From an uncultured virus (IMG/VR IMGVR_UViG_3300034062_002168) (lineage: Duplodnaviria; Heunggongvirae; Uroviricota; Caudoviricetes), in the IMG/VR virus record IMGVR_UViG_3300034062_002168: DNA of 64,000 bases; one strand, written 5' to 3'. The position numbers were made by a program, and so were the translations under genes. Of the stretch, positions 29,688 through 39,399 are shown one piece after another; within the stretch, counting starts at the first letter, position 1; every line of letters begins with the position of its first letter. The notes under the pieces are model-generated. The model saw only the letters and a program-made list of their open reading frames with translations, was not told where the DNA came from and did no database searches.

Positions 29688-32008
29688 GCGTATGATGCGG
29701 GTACTTTCACCCAGCGGTAATGAGGCATAAGGCTGCCATCGCGCTCGATGATGCGCTTGGTCACCAGCTTGGGTTCGGATGTGATCACGTACTCTGGCTG
29801 CTTGTTGATGCAGCGTGCGCAGAGTTCGGCGTAGCCCATGGCGTACACCATGTCGTCATTATAGACGTTCTTGTTTTCGGTACCCCATTTGACGCCCCCT
29901 TCGGCATCAGGGATAACGGAGATGTGGCGGATCTGGCTCCACAGATCGTAGTACCAGATGTTGTGCCAGTTGGCCAGCAAAAGGTCAACCACGTCACCGT
30001 ACAGAAGTTCCTTGCGAGAACCCTTTCCGCCCTTCAGGTCGATGCCGTAGATGTTAGATGCGTTGCCAGTCTTGTACTTAGGCAGAAGTTGATGTCTGGT
30101 CAGTAGCGATTCGCGCAGGTTACAGACGGGACCGGTCTTGAAGTCCACGTACCTGTGACCGGCGTTGATCTCCACGAGTTCCTTGCACGCCTTCTGCCCG
30201 TGGTTGGCGTAGTACATGCCCATCAGAATGTTCTGGATGAACAGCTCCACTGGCTGGGCTGCGCGTGAGTTCAGGATGCAAGCGATGGTTGGTACATACT
30301 GAACCTCATCACCCTCTCCGATGGTCCTTGCCGCAGTGTCCCATACGACAGAAGAGAAGCGGGAGAATCCGCCATCGTTCTGGATGGGGTCGGTTCCTTG
30401 GAAGTACCGGTGAGCCCACCCGCTTTTTCGGTCCATGAACATCTGGATCGGGGCGTCTACTTCATCTGGCCTTGCTTCCTGCCACTGAACACCTACAATA
30501 GGGTGCTCGAAGTACGTGTCTCCGGGTATGGTCTTGGACTCATCGAACACCGGAATGAACTTTCCGAAGACAGGCTTGAGTGATTCTGGCTGCGCGTTGT
30601 GGCACAGTTCGATGATGCGCTTCTGCTGCTTGACGATAACCTCCATCGGCACAAGGGTCTTGTGCGTGGACATAAATGCATCGTCCGGGCTGCTGGGATA
30701 GTGAGCGTAGAACAAGCTCAGGCGTTCGGCAGGAGAAAGGCCCTTGGTCTCCTCGGTCTGCCCTCGCAGGTACTTGGCCTTCTGCTTATCGTAGAACTCT
30801 ACGGTTGCGCCGGGACGGCAGGACCAGTCGAAGAACAGCGGAACCCATCCCTCTGTGTTCTCGCGCTTCTCCCATGCGTCAAGGATGCCTTTGAAGTCGT
30901 TCTCGAACGCTCCCTGACCCGTGTTGTTGCTTGATCCAGTTCCCCATGCGGCGATCTGTCGAACCAAGTCCATCTTACCGGTGTCCGGGTTGAACTGGTA
31001 CAGGGTTGGGTCAATTTCGGACTTGATCTTCTGGTAGGTGGGCACGTTCTGTGCTTCATCCACAAGAGAGATGGTCGGGGTACGACCGTTCACGGCCATG
31101 GAGTCTTCAGCACTCAGCAGCCTGAGTTCCGAGATATCCATACCCTTGGTCGCCTTAGTATCTCCGGGGTCGAAGTCAATGATGGTGCTCTCGCTGGAGA
31201 ATCCCTTGGATACGTCGAACTCCTTGGTGATCCACTCAGGCAAGTGCTGAAGGGTGCTCTGGTGCTTGTCCCTGAACAGGGTCTTACCAGTTCCGTCCTT
31301 CTTGTGGACCATGAACACTCCGGTGAACGATGGCACAGTAACCATCATCAGGCTGGCGATGGCCATCATCTCGGATGTCAAAGCGGCCTGACGACCCTTC
31401 ACTAGGTCGAAGTGCTTGCCAAGATCCACGACGAACGCGACCAAAGCGTGCGGGGCGGATGCCTCGAACTTCCTTCGGCCACCGGCGAATCCATCCTCCT
31501 TGATGGTGCAGTACTTGTTCAGGCCGTATAGCTTGTTGTCGGCTATGCGCTGTAGTTCCTGCTGCTTCCAGTGGGCGCGTTCGGCTGGCTCGATGTCCGA
31601 TATCGTTCGCTTGTCCTCCAGCCATCTACGAGCCTGCTCTATGTACAGGAAGAACGGCTCGTAAGCCATCAAGTCCTTGAACTGAGGGATGTGGCTGTCG
31701 ATGAAGCGATAGAAAGCGTCATCGCATTTGGTTGGGTCCGATGGCCTCCAGTGCTCACGCAGGATCTCCTTGTCCTTCCACTTGGCTATCCACTCCTTAG
31801 GAATCCTATCGTAGTAGCACTGACCTTCAAACTTCTTGCCAGCATCGTCTCCGTACTTGACCGTTGGGATTTCAAACAACCAAAGGTGGAGTGCGGTCGG
31901 AGCGCCCTTCTCTCGGGAGGGTAGCTCGACCTCTGCCTTTGGTCCCTTGACCCCTGTGGATAGGCCGACCGACCGGATCAGCTTCTCGTGACCATTGGAA
32001 ATGGACAC
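29684..32008 (-). CDS. terL: Terminase large subunit
   Basis: Walker A-like KGRQAALTS, Walker B LVDEAQ, GTG coupling motif, nuclease-like GTDPI and NDDMV; GTG start. Confidence 0.88.
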   Translation of the reverse strand: MSISNGHEKLIRSVGLSTGVKGPKAEVELPSREKGAPTALHLWLFEIPTVKYGDDAGKKFEGQCYYDRIPKEWIAKWKDKEILREHWRPSDPTKCDDAFYRFIDSHIPQFKDLMAYEPFFLYIEQARRWLEDKRTISDIEPAERAHWKQQELQRIADNKLYGLNKYCTIKEDGFAGGRRKFEASAPHALVAFVVDLGKHFDLVKGRQAALTSEMMAIASLMMVTVPSFTGVFMVHKKDGTGKTLFRDKHQSTLQHLPEWITKEFDVSKGFSSESTIIDFDPGDTKATKGMDISELRLLSAEDSMAVNGRTPTISLVDEAQNVPTYQKIKSEIDPTLYQFNPDTGKMDLVRQIAAWGTGSSNNTGQGAFENDFKGILDAWEKRENTEGWVPLFFDWSCRPGATVEFYDKQKAKYLRGQTEETKGLSPAERLSLFYAHYPSSPDDAFMSTHKTLVPMEVIVKQQKRIIELCHNAQPESLKPVFGKFIPVFDESKTIPGDTYFEHPIVGVQWQEARPDEVDAPIQMFMDRKSGWAHRYFQGTDPIQNDGGFSRFSSVVWDTAARTIGEGDEVQYVPTIACILNSRAAQPVELFIQNILMGMYYANHGQKACKELVEINAGHRYVDFKTGPVCNLRESLLTRHQLLPKYKTGNASNIYGIDLKGGKGSRKELLYGDVVDLLLANWHNIWYYDLWSQIRHISVIPDAEGGVKWGTENKNVYNDDMVYAMGYAELCARCINKQPEYVITSEPKLVTKRIIERDGSLMPHYRWVKVPASYA

Positions 32009-32079
32009 GCCTCCTGAGCTTAGGGCTAGGAGGATCTCGGCCGAGTGAAGGTTTATTTGCTTGCGGGATGCGATGAACG

Positions 32080-32127
32080 CAAAGGTAGTGCAAACTATCT
32101 GACAGTCAGAGAGTTATGCTACCTTCG
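32080..32127. promoter_or_regulatory. Divergent promoter pair with an intervening 25-bp palindrome
   Basis: TACCTTTG (minus, 32080-32087), TACCTTCG (plus, 32120-32127), AAACTAT-CTGACAGTCAG-AGAGTTA (32092-32116). Confidence 0.75.
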
Positions 32128-32190
32128 CAGGATGAACTACGTCACCACAACGGCAGCTTCCGGATTCGCTGAACAATACACCTCCATCAC

Positions 32191-32487
32191 ATGCAAGTCA
32201 CAGTAGGAACGAACCTTCTCACCATCACTCTTACGGATGGAACCACTCAGGTATACCCAGCCAGTGGCATGGTTGACGTGTGCGCAGAACGTGGATTCCA
32301 GAATATCTACGGAGCCGCTACCCCATCGCAGGTAACGACCACGGACAAGTACTACGTCCGCATCCACCTAAAGGATAACCGGTTTTTGGATATCCGAATG
32401 GGAGAAGTGACGAACCAAGGCACTTGGGTCAATACGCTCGTTGGCGTAAATGCTGCCGTTGCAGCAATCGACGCTGTGTTCGCCTAA
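32191..32487 (+). CDS. Small probable virion protein
   Basis: 98 aa; shares VTNQxTWxN with the N-terminus of 37659-39344. Confidence 0.65.
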   Translation: MQVTVGTNLLTITLTDGTTQVYPASGMVDVCAERGFQNIYGAATPSQVTTTDKYYVRIHLKDNRFLDIRMGEVTNQGTWVNTLVGVNAAVAAIDAVFA

Positions 32488-32660
32488 CTCAAGAGCGACA
32501 TCACCCGCATCAGGGTGTTGATCTCGGCGTCAATGGCTATCGTCCTTGCATAGGACGGGAAGTCATAGGCGCCGCGCTCTTTATCGGCCTCTTCGTGCCA
32601 CTCCTTCTCTAGTCGCTTGATGTCTTTGGCGATAAAAGACTTCAGTTCGTTGTTATCCAT
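32484..32660 (-). CDS. Small hypothetical protein (58 aa)
   Basis: Hand translation MDNNELKSFIAKDIKRLEKEW...; promoter box at 32666-32673. Confidence 0.6.
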   Translation of the reverse strand: MDNNELKSFIAKDIKRLEKEWHEEADKERGAYDFPSYARTIAIDAEINTLMRVMSLLS

Positions 32661-32762
32661 GGCCCCAAAGGTACGAAGGATTTGTTATCGGTAAAATTTG
32701 TTGTAACCACCTGATTATCAGGGAGTTATGTAGATTTGTACCGTAACCAACACATCAACACC

Positions 32763-33116
32763 ATGGAGATCACCTTCGTGCCCACCGGCGAAACCGTACA
32801 AGTAGGACTTGGAGCCTGCACCCCACAGGCCCTTGCTGGCTACACGTCGAACCCCATCTACCTGACCACGCCTTCTGGCTATACGCCTGTTCAGGGCACG
32901 ATGGCGGCTGGCTCCAGCGCCAACTTCCCCATGATCGGTCAGTACAACCAGCCAGCCATTGGATTCTACTCTGCCAATGTACACGCCTACCTCGTGACCA
33001 AGTTCACGATGGATGACGCCGCTGCTGTGACGACCGGGATGGCTACCATCTCCACCGCACTTGACGCTGGCGACGCAACTCTGCTCATCAACAGCGATGG
33101 CACTGCTGGTAGCTAA
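32763..33116 (+). CDS. Small probable structural protein
   Basis: ATG 32763 after TAGATTTG box (32731-32738); biased codons; followed by a terminator. Confidence 0.65.
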   Translation: MEITFVPTGETVQVGLGACTPQALAGYTSNPIYLTTPSGYTPVQGTMAAGSSANFPMIGQYNQPAIGFYSANVHAYLVTKFTMDDAAAVTTGMATISTALDAGDATLLINSDGTAGS

Positions 33117-33143
33117 CCATACATCCCGACAAGGAAGGGTACT

Positions 33144-33168
33144 GGGGCCGAAAGGCCCCTTTACTTTT
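33144..33168 (+). terminator. Intrinsic terminator
   Basis: GGGGCC-GAAA-GGCCCC followed by TTTACTTTT, between convergent genes. Confidence 0.7.
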
Positions 33169-34726
33169 GTGGTATATTCTGCCCGCACGTTGGACAGGTG
33201 AGGCAGATGTTCTCGTATACCACATCAGCCCCTGCGGCCCTTTTGCTGGCTACGGCCGCATTTATGGCTTCTGCCTTCTTGGCCCTGTGCTCCAAAGCCT
33301 TGGCATGCCTCTCTGCTGTGCTGAAATTGTCCAATCTATTTCCGATGATGGACAGATCATTGTCCATGTAGTTGACCGGCATATACCCAGCTAGGTCATT
33401 GATAACGCGATAGTCTCCCCGGCGCCATGGCGTCCAGTTGACCTTGTGAAGGTGCGATTTGTGGAAGGCGAAGGCTATGCCTGATATATCGCCAGCTACG
33501 ACCTTGCCCTTGTTTTTCTTCTCTGGTATTACCCGTCCGTTCACCTCCAGCTTGGCATTCCACAGTAGCAGCTTGTTCTTGGACAAGCCCCCTGCTATTG
33601 CAAGAAGCGCCCCGGGCACGTAGAAGTCGTCATCATCAATGTAGGTGATGTATCCATCCTTCACGTAGCTGGCTAGTTCGTTCAGGTAAAGGTTAGGGGC
33701 TAAGTAGCCCCTGTAGTCGTCCCCTTGTGGCCTGTGTTCTGGCGGTGGTTCTGGGGATACCTTGACCTTGTAGCACGGATACTTGCACAGGAACTTGAAG
33801 GTCTCCTCGTTGTCGTAGGAGGCGATGACGTTCCAGTTCCGGTAGCCCTGTGACGCGATGCTCTTGAACAGGCGGTCAAGGCCCTTCGGCCTGTTGTGGC
33901 AGCGGACAAGGATGTTGATCAGCGGAAGCTCCCTGACCCATTTGTCACGCACCATGTTGATCAGGTCGTCGTAGGTGTGGACTACCTTGATAATTGATCC
34001 GCCGAAATCTGGATACCAGTTGTAGAAGGAGTTGACCGTTGGCCGGAGCTCCTTGCACTCCTTGGTGTAGATGATGTTGTCCTTGGCGAAGAACGACGCC
34101 AGCATGGATGGGCCGCCGTTCATGGTCACAAACCTTTCGCACCCAGCGAACACGCGCATTTGCACCTCGTTGTACGTGAACTTGTGCTGCTTCACTAGGT
34201 CGTGGATGATTTTGACCTGCGGGAACTCCTTCCGGATCATCTCGTAGTCACCCAGCTTCATGGAGTGGGCATTGTCCTCCAAAGACTCCTCTCCAGCCAC
34301 GTTGAAGTAGACCACCTGATACTTCTTGTCCAGCAACGCAAATAGCGCACGCAGCGTCGGCAGATCGAAGTAGTTGATAGGCGGCTTCGTCCACTCCTTG
34401 TTGTAACGGTTGTAGATTACGACAGTTGGCTTGTCGAAGGTTATTGCCCGGTCCTTGTATACTTCCTTGTATGGTGGCGGCACCCAGTTGCCCTTATCCA
34501 GACGTGGAACATGGATCCACGTATTAGGCGCCACTGACTTGTGCGTGTTGGCGTAGTCCCGTGGCTCATGGTTAATGACATGATTTGGGCTAAAATAGTA
34601 TAACGGCTCGCTGCCTATGCCACTAACCGTTCCTGTCAACTCCCCCTTCAGATGCAGCGCATAGGCCCATGGGATGGTTGCAGCTACCTCGTACCCGAAC
34701 TCCATGTTTTCGCTGCTTACCCTCAT
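33161..34726 (-). CDS. Two-domain glycosyltransferase (C-terminal GT2/GT-A fold)
   Basis: INILVRCHNRP...LFKSIASQGY...YITYIDDDD (DxD)...GDY; the N-terminal half also looks glycosyltransferase-like. Confidence 0.8.
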   Translation of the reverse strand: MRVSSENMEFGYEVAATIPWAYALHLKGELTGTVSGIGSEPLYYFSPNHVINHEPRDYANTHKSVAPNTWIHVPRLDKGNWVPPPYKEVYKDRAITFDKPTVVIYNRYNKEWTKPPINYFDLPTLRALFALLDKKYQVVYFNVAGEESLEDNAHSMKLGDYEMIRKEFPQVKIIHDLVKQHKFTYNEVQMRVFAGCERFVTMNGGPSMLASFFAKDNIIYTKECKELRPTVNSFYNWYPDFGGSIIKVVHTYDDLINMVRDKWVRELPLINILVRCHNRPKGLDRLFKSIASQGYRNWNVIASYDNEETFKFLCKYPCYKVKVSPEPPPEHRPQGDDYRGYLAPNLYLNELASYVKDGYITYIDDDDFYVPGALLAIAGGLSKNKLLLWNAKLEVNGRVIPEKKNKGKVVAGDISGIAFAFHKSHLHKVNWTPWRRGDYRVINDLAGYMPVNYMDNDLSIIGNRLDNFSTAERHAKALEHRAKKAEAINAAVASKRAAGADVVYENICLTCPTCGQNIPQK

Positions 34727-34747
34727 CGGTTACATACCTTTGTGACC

Positions 34748-35074
34748 ATGGACTTGATGCCAGACTTGTTCCACCCCGAACCGGGGCGAGGAGAGATAAC
34801 TAAGGACAACGCGGTTCTTAATGATGCGGTAAACGCACTTCTACAGTGGAACGAGGCGTTAAAGATGTTCATGGACCACACTGACAGCCGATTCGCTACA
34901 TTGTCGAATGCCGAAGCAGATAAGCTGATCCACATCATTGGTCTTGTAAAGCATAGAACCCGATCCGTACAGCGTGCCCTGAATAAGGAATACGAGGACG
35001 GCAAAGAGCAACGCATGGCTGAACGTATTAGCCGAATGAAACGAGTCCCCAGAGGATGGAAAACTTCCGCTTAG
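34748..35074 (+). CDS. Hypothetical helical protein
   Basis: ATG 34748, 5 nt after TACCTTTG (34735-34742). Confidence 0.65.
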   Translation: MDLMPDLFHPEPGRGEITKDNAVLNDAVNALLQWNEALKMFMDHTDSRFATLSNAEADKLIHIIGLVKHRTRSVQRALNKEYEDGKEQRMAERISRMKRVPRGWKTSA

Positions 35075-35339
35075 GTTGTAAATCAACGATGCCGCGCTGT
35101 TCTTTGATACAACTCGACACAAAGTTCATGAAGTAGTCCTGCGCCTTCTCTGGCATGTCAAGCACCATCTTTGCTGGAAAGTCTATCGCCGCTCCTTGAT
35201 CCACAAACCGAAGGGCGTGAAACTCACGATCTCCGATGTCGTATGCGGCCATAAAGTTCAGGTCGTGGAGTTTTGCTATCTCCAAATACGTCCGCATGGT
35301 GTTGTCGAAGTCCTCGATAGCCTTATCGCGCTCAGTCAT
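35028..35339 (-). CDS. Hypothetical protein, paralog of 35332-35625
   Basis: MTERDKAIEDF...EIAKLHDLNFMAAYD. Confidence 0.7.
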   Translation of the reverse strand: MTERDKAIEDFDNTMRTYLEIAKLHDLNFMAAYDIGDREFHALRFVDQGAAIDFPAKMVLDMPEKAQDYFMNFVSSCIKEQRGIVDLQPKRKFSILWGLVSFG

Positions 35340-35625
35340 TATGCAGCGTAGTGTTTTGGAGATCCTCCTTTGGCACACCCCTGTCGTCCATCATCTTTTT
35401 GGCCATGTACTCCATGAATACAAGCTGGTCATCCGGAGTCAGCATCAGCGGCATTTGTGTGGCGAACGAAATGGCGTTCTGGCGATCAGTTCTGCACACA
35501 ACAGCGACCCCACCGCTTTCATGGTCGTAAACAGCAGCAAAGTTTACATCGTGAATCTTAGCAAGTTCACGATACCCGATCATGACCTCGTGCAGGTCCT
35601 TGATAAACTTCTCGCGCTCAGTCAT
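35332..35625 (-). CDS. Hypothetical protein, paralog of 35028-35339
   Basis: MTEREKFIKDL...ELAKIHDVNFAAVYD. Confidence 0.7.
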   Translation of the reverse strand: MTEREKFIKDLHEVMIGYRELAKIHDVNFAAVYDHESGGVAVVCRTDRQNAISFATQMPLMLTPDDQLVFMEYMAKKMMDDRGVPKEDLQNTTLHND

Positions 35626-35734
35626 TTTAGTAACGGTTTTGGCGTTTCTTCCACAGTGCTGTGGATGTCATTTACAAAGATAACCTGACCTAGTCTGTTC
35701 AGGTACTCCTCCCTCCAGCCGAAATCGGTCTGTG

Positions 35735-35977
35735 TTATTCGGGCGATGGGGTAGAGATGTCCGACGCCTCTTGGGTAGAGGTAGCTGGTGAGTGGAGTTC
35801 GCATCCTGATAGAGCGTTGTCGTGATCGAAAAAGACGTAGAACGGATCATTGGTAACTTCATCTGGAGCCGTGCATACATACCCGCACAGGTCAGAAATG
35901 CTACCCTTGGTCTTCCCCTCGTTCCACGGGTGCTTCGTCACTCGCTTCAGGTGCTTGCACGATAGGCAGTGTCTCAT
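35735..35977 (-). CDS. Small Cys-rich protein
   Basis: CLSCKH...CGYVC...GCELH; overlaps its neighbours. Confidence 0.5.
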   Translation of the reverse strand: MRHCLSCKHLKRVTKHPWNEGKTKGSISDLCGYVCTAPDEVTNDPFYVFFDHDNALSGCELHSPATSTQEASDISTPSPE

Positions 35978-36386
35978 CTGGCTCTGGTTGGTCTTGGGCT
36001 GGAAACATTTCGCGAAGGGCCACCAAGGCTTCGTTAAAGTCCTTGTTGGCTACGATGGCTAAATGGGCAACGCTGGCACGAACAAGCTGTGGCGTGCATG
36101 ATGCCTTGACCTCCATCGGAGCGTTCAGTCCTTCAAAAAAAGACAAGAACTCAATGTCGTGACGCTTGGCATGGCGAACCACTTGATCAACCAGTACGGC
36201 GAGTTTCTTGCGGTTGTTGACCTGCGCCTTGGTCAATGGTTTGGGGCCACTCGCCTCAACATGTTCGTCAGATTCTGGTGCTGATGCGTCGCCATTATCG
36301 CCATCACCGATAGTTGACAGGATGTAGGATTCTTCTGCCTCCGCAAACGCGGTAGCATCAAAATTGCTTTGTGGTTCCGTAGTCAT
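35901..36386 (-). CDS. Hypothetical protein
   Basis: 161 aa; promoter box at 36392-36399. Confidence 0.7.
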   Translation of the reverse strand: MTTEPQSNFDATAFAEAEESYILSTIGDGDNGDASAPESDEHVEASGPKPLTKAQVNNRKKLAVLVDQVVRHAKRHDIEFLSFFEGLNAPMEVKASCTPQLVRASVAHLAIVANKDFNEALVALREMFPAQDQPEPDETLPIVQAPEASDEAPVERGEDQG

Positions 36387-36480
36387 GGTTGCAAAGGTAC
36401 GAATAAGTTTTGACTCATTAGTCGTAACGCCCTTTTGGGTTCTTGTGTTCCTTGCGGAGGTTTACTTGGTCTGCCATTGG

Positions 36481-36705
36481 TTATTCTGGTTTTAATTCGT
36501 CCGGCCAGTCGGGCGGCTGTGCATTGATGGGTCGATAGAAGATGTCTTCCGCCGCCTCATACCAATCGCCGATGCCAGCGTTGCCGTTGGCATCCAGCAC
36601 CACCGAATCATGTGTCAAAGGATAGGTCCAGTCTGGAGCCGCCACCGGATCCCACTCCACCACGTTGAGGACGTATCCTGCCTTGATTATTGCATATCGT
36701 GCCAT
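36481..36705 (-). CDS. Small tail-fibre-associated protein
   Basis: MARYAIIKAGYVLNVVEWD...GIGDWY, a type often found after Gly-rich fibre genes. Confidence 0.65.
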   Translation of the reverse strand: MARYAIIKAGYVLNVVEWDPVAAPDWTYPLTHDSVVLDANGNAGIGDWYEAAEDIFYRPINAQPPDWPDELKPE

Positions 36706-36708
36706 TGC

Positions 36709-37662
36709 TTATGCTTTGTATACTTCGTAAACATAGACTATCCCATTGCCTCCGTTGCCGCCATCGCCGCTGATGCCATCGCCGACGGTATCCGTTCCAC
36801 CGCCTCCTCCACCGCCTCCTGCGGAGATAGCACCATTGCCGCCGTTGCCAGCCACAGCGACTGCACTCCCTCCACCACCGCCACCACCGCCACCGCCCGC
36901 GCCATTGGTTGTGGTCAGGCCATGCGACGATAGTAGCGTCAGCACGATGTTGCCTGTGCCGTTGCCCCCATTGTTGGTAGCCGTACCCAAGGCCCCACCA
37001 CCTGTCAGAGCGGTGCCGTTCCACACGCCACCGCCAGCGATACCCGCACCAGCCGTTCCGCTTGGTGCGTCACGCCTTCCTCCGTTGCCTCCGGGTGCGC
37101 CACCAAGAGCGCGGCTTCCGCTCGTCGAATATGAAGGAACGCCACTTGTAGGCCAGTAGAAGCCCCCGGTATTACTAATGTTGCCAACACGCATCGACGG
37201 ATGTCCGGGCAGGATGTTCGACCCTCTCCTTGGCGTACAGCCTGTTATGTCACGCCCTGTTTCGGTACTATTTCCCCCTTTTCCACCTAATGCGATGACG
37301 TGCGCGCCAAACGATGCATCGCCTCCGTTGGCTCCTGCGATACCTGTTCCGGTAGTATTGCGCCCTGCCTGCCCTGCCCCTCCGGCAGGCACCGTCACAG
37401 CCTCTGTGCCGCCCAGCGACGCGGCAGTAATAAAGTCCCATACCACCCATCCGCCACCGCCTCCTGCCCCGCCCGTTGCCTGCACCGTTATCCCTGCGCG
37501 AAGGTCGCCACACGCGCCGCCAGCACCAGCACCAACGCACACGACGAACGCACCGACGAATTTATTGTTGGTTGGCTTGCTCCAAGTGTCGCTAGCTGTA
37601 TACTCACGCAGCACGTTAGCGGGGGAGCCAATAAGTGGGGCCGCAAAAGAGCCTACGCTCAT
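36709..37662 (-). CDS. Glycine-rich tail-fibre-associated protein
   Basis: TWSKP...VVCVGAGAGG and GGGGGG...GGNGGNGIVYVYE, typical of phage Gly-rich domains. Confidence 0.75.
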   Translation of the reverse strand: MSVGSFAAPLIGSPANVLREYTASDTWSKPTNNKFVGAFVVCVGAGAGGACGDLRAGITVQATGGAGGGGGWVVWDFITAASLGGTEAVTVPAGGAGQAGRNTTGTGIAGANGGDASFGAHVIALGGKGGNSTETGRDITGCTPRRGSNILPGHPSMRVGNISNTGGFYWPTSGVPSYSTSGSRALGGAPGGNGGRRDAPSGTAGAGIAGGGVWNGTALTGGGALGTATNNGGNGTGNIVLTLLSSHGLTTTNGAGGGGGGGGGGSAVAVAGNGGNGAISAGGGGGGGGTDTVGDGISGDGGNGGNGIVYVYEVYKA

Positions 37663-39344
37663 AGGTTGCTGATGTTAATGGTCACGCCAATGTTGGCAGT
37701 TGGCAGGTTCTGGGAGTACACCTTGACGCTGCCCGCTGCGCTGTCCGTCCTCGGAAGGATGCCAGCGGCAATGACAGTAGCTATATCAGCGTTGTTGGGG
37801 ATAACATCCACAATGGAAGCTGCTGTAATGTTGGCGTTGGCCAAGTTCTGCTCGTATAGGCCACCGACAAGCGACCACCCTGCGGTGGTAAGCGTCAGGG
37901 AGCCTACCTGTAGTATCTTCTTGCTTACGTCAAGTGCTGTTCTGGCATTGGCTGGCGTCAGGTTCTCCCATACGCTGGTCCCAGTGTTCCAGTACAGGCC
38001 ACAGGTGTTGGTCGCTGGGGTGGTGATGAGTACGTCATGCAGCTCATTCAGCTCAAACCCGTTGAGGGGAGCGATGTAGATCTCACCGGCTCCCCCTGAC
38101 TTCTTTACACAATAGGCCACGCGGACCAAGTGGTCGGGGGCCACTGGCTTTGTGTTCACCAACTGACCTGCCACGGTCGGGGACAGGTATAGCACATCCC
38201 CATCATTGAATGAGTTCGTGTTTAGGTTGGTCATGATGCCAAGCACCTGAACAAGCCCCTGAGAGTTGTTAGCAATTGTCTCGGCCACCACGCCCACCGT
38301 ATCTGCGCTGTTAGGGTCTGAGTCCGCCTGCGCCAGAGACACAACCGGACGGATGCCACTTGAACCGTTGACCCTCACCACCTGCCCCTTGGTCATCGGG
38401 CTACCGCTGTTGTTGTAGCCGTACAAGAACAAATCCTCGCTAATGTGCGAGTGGACGTTCCCGCCCTTTAGCCCAAGCTGCAAGGAACCCTCTGCGTCAC
38501 TCCACTGCAACCTCTTTGCAGCTATTGCCGTGATCGGGGTGGTATTGAAATCTATCGCGTCAACCTGACCCAGCTTGCCGTTGTCGTCCAGCAGAACTGT
38601 GCTGTTCTGGATAAGCTTGCCCGTGGTGAGGTTGTACCTAGTTATGGCGTTGTCTGTTGCCGATGCGGGGCCAACAACGTCACCGGTTGATGTTGGAACC
38701 GAGTGCCACGTTCCGTCAGCCTTTAGATACTTGTTGGCGGCAGCGTCACCAGCGGCCGGAGCCGGTACCGCCCCTCGCAATCCTCCGGATCCGGAGTCTC
38801 CAACGAAGGTGTTGATGCTGATGGCTGGAGTTGCACCACCGCTCGATACAATAGGAGCCGTTCCACTGACAGAGGTCACTCCGCCGGTACCATTACTAGC
38901 GGCAGTGATCCGGCCGTCGGCGCCAATGGTAAGGTTGGGGTTCGTGTATCCTCCGGGCGTTACCGCCGTGTTGGCAATGGCAACGATCGGATTCTCTGGA
39001 TCCAGTGAATCCACGGTGATCCCAGACCCCGGAACGATGGTATCGACCGTTCCTCCAAGGCCGGAGGACATATTGGGGATGCCTAAGATCGCAGAAATGT
39101 CGTCGATGGCTCTCTGTACGCCGACTTGGTCGTTCGTCCACGTCCTTTGGTTTGTGACGGGCTGGCGAAGGTCGAACCGAAAGACCTCCTGTCGATCCAC
39201 GCCCTCGAGGATAATGGAGGTGTAGTTCTGGGTCCCTACCGACTGTCCCTCCACGGTGATGCCAGTGAGCTCCTGTCCGGCAAAGACAAGTGTTCGTGTT
39301 GGCTGCTTGAAGCGTACCAACTTGGCGGTGAGGAAGACTTCCAT
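37659..39344 (-). CDS. Tail fibre protein
   Basis: 561 aa; GGYTNPNLTIGADGRITAASNG, GVTSVSGTAPI, YLKADGTW and GDVLYLSPT fibre motifs; promoter box TAACTTCG at 39349-39356. Confidence 0.75.
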   Translation of the reverse strand: MEVFLTAKLVRFKQPTRTLVFAGQELTGITVEGQSVGTQNYTSIILEGVDRQEVFRFDLRQPVTNQRTWTNDQVGVQRAIDDISAILGIPNMSSGLGGTVDTIVPGSGITVDSLDPENPIVAIANTAVTPGGYTNPNLTIGADGRITAASNGTGGVTSVSGTAPIVSSGGATPAISINTFVGDSGSGGLRGAVPAPAAGDAAANKYLKADGTWHSVPTSTGDVVGPASATDNAITRYNLTTGKLIQNSTVLLDDNGKLGQVDAIDFNTTPITAIAAKRLQWSDAEGSLQLGLKGGNVHSHISEDLFLYGYNNSGSPMTKGQVVRVNGSSGIRPVVSLAQADSDPNSADTVGVVAETIANNSQGLVQVLGIMTNLNTNSFNDGDVLYLSPTVAGQLVNTKPVAPDHLVRVAYCVKKSGGAGEIYIAPLNGFELNELHDVLITTPATNTCGLYWNTGTSVWENLTPANARTALDVSKKILQVGSLTLTTAGWSLVGGLYEQNLANANITAASIVDVIPNNADIATVIAAGILPRTDSAAGSVKVYSQNLPTANIGVTINISNL

Positions 39345-39399
39345 AGCGCGAAGTTACCTGATAGTCAGTTAGTTAAGGCAATACACCCAGCGTATTCCG

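Noticed and set aside
3000..31924. Many plus-strand ORFs of 60-380 aa antisense to structural genes
   Set aside because: Shadow ORFs expected in GC-rich coding DNA; no promoter boxes or recognisable motifs
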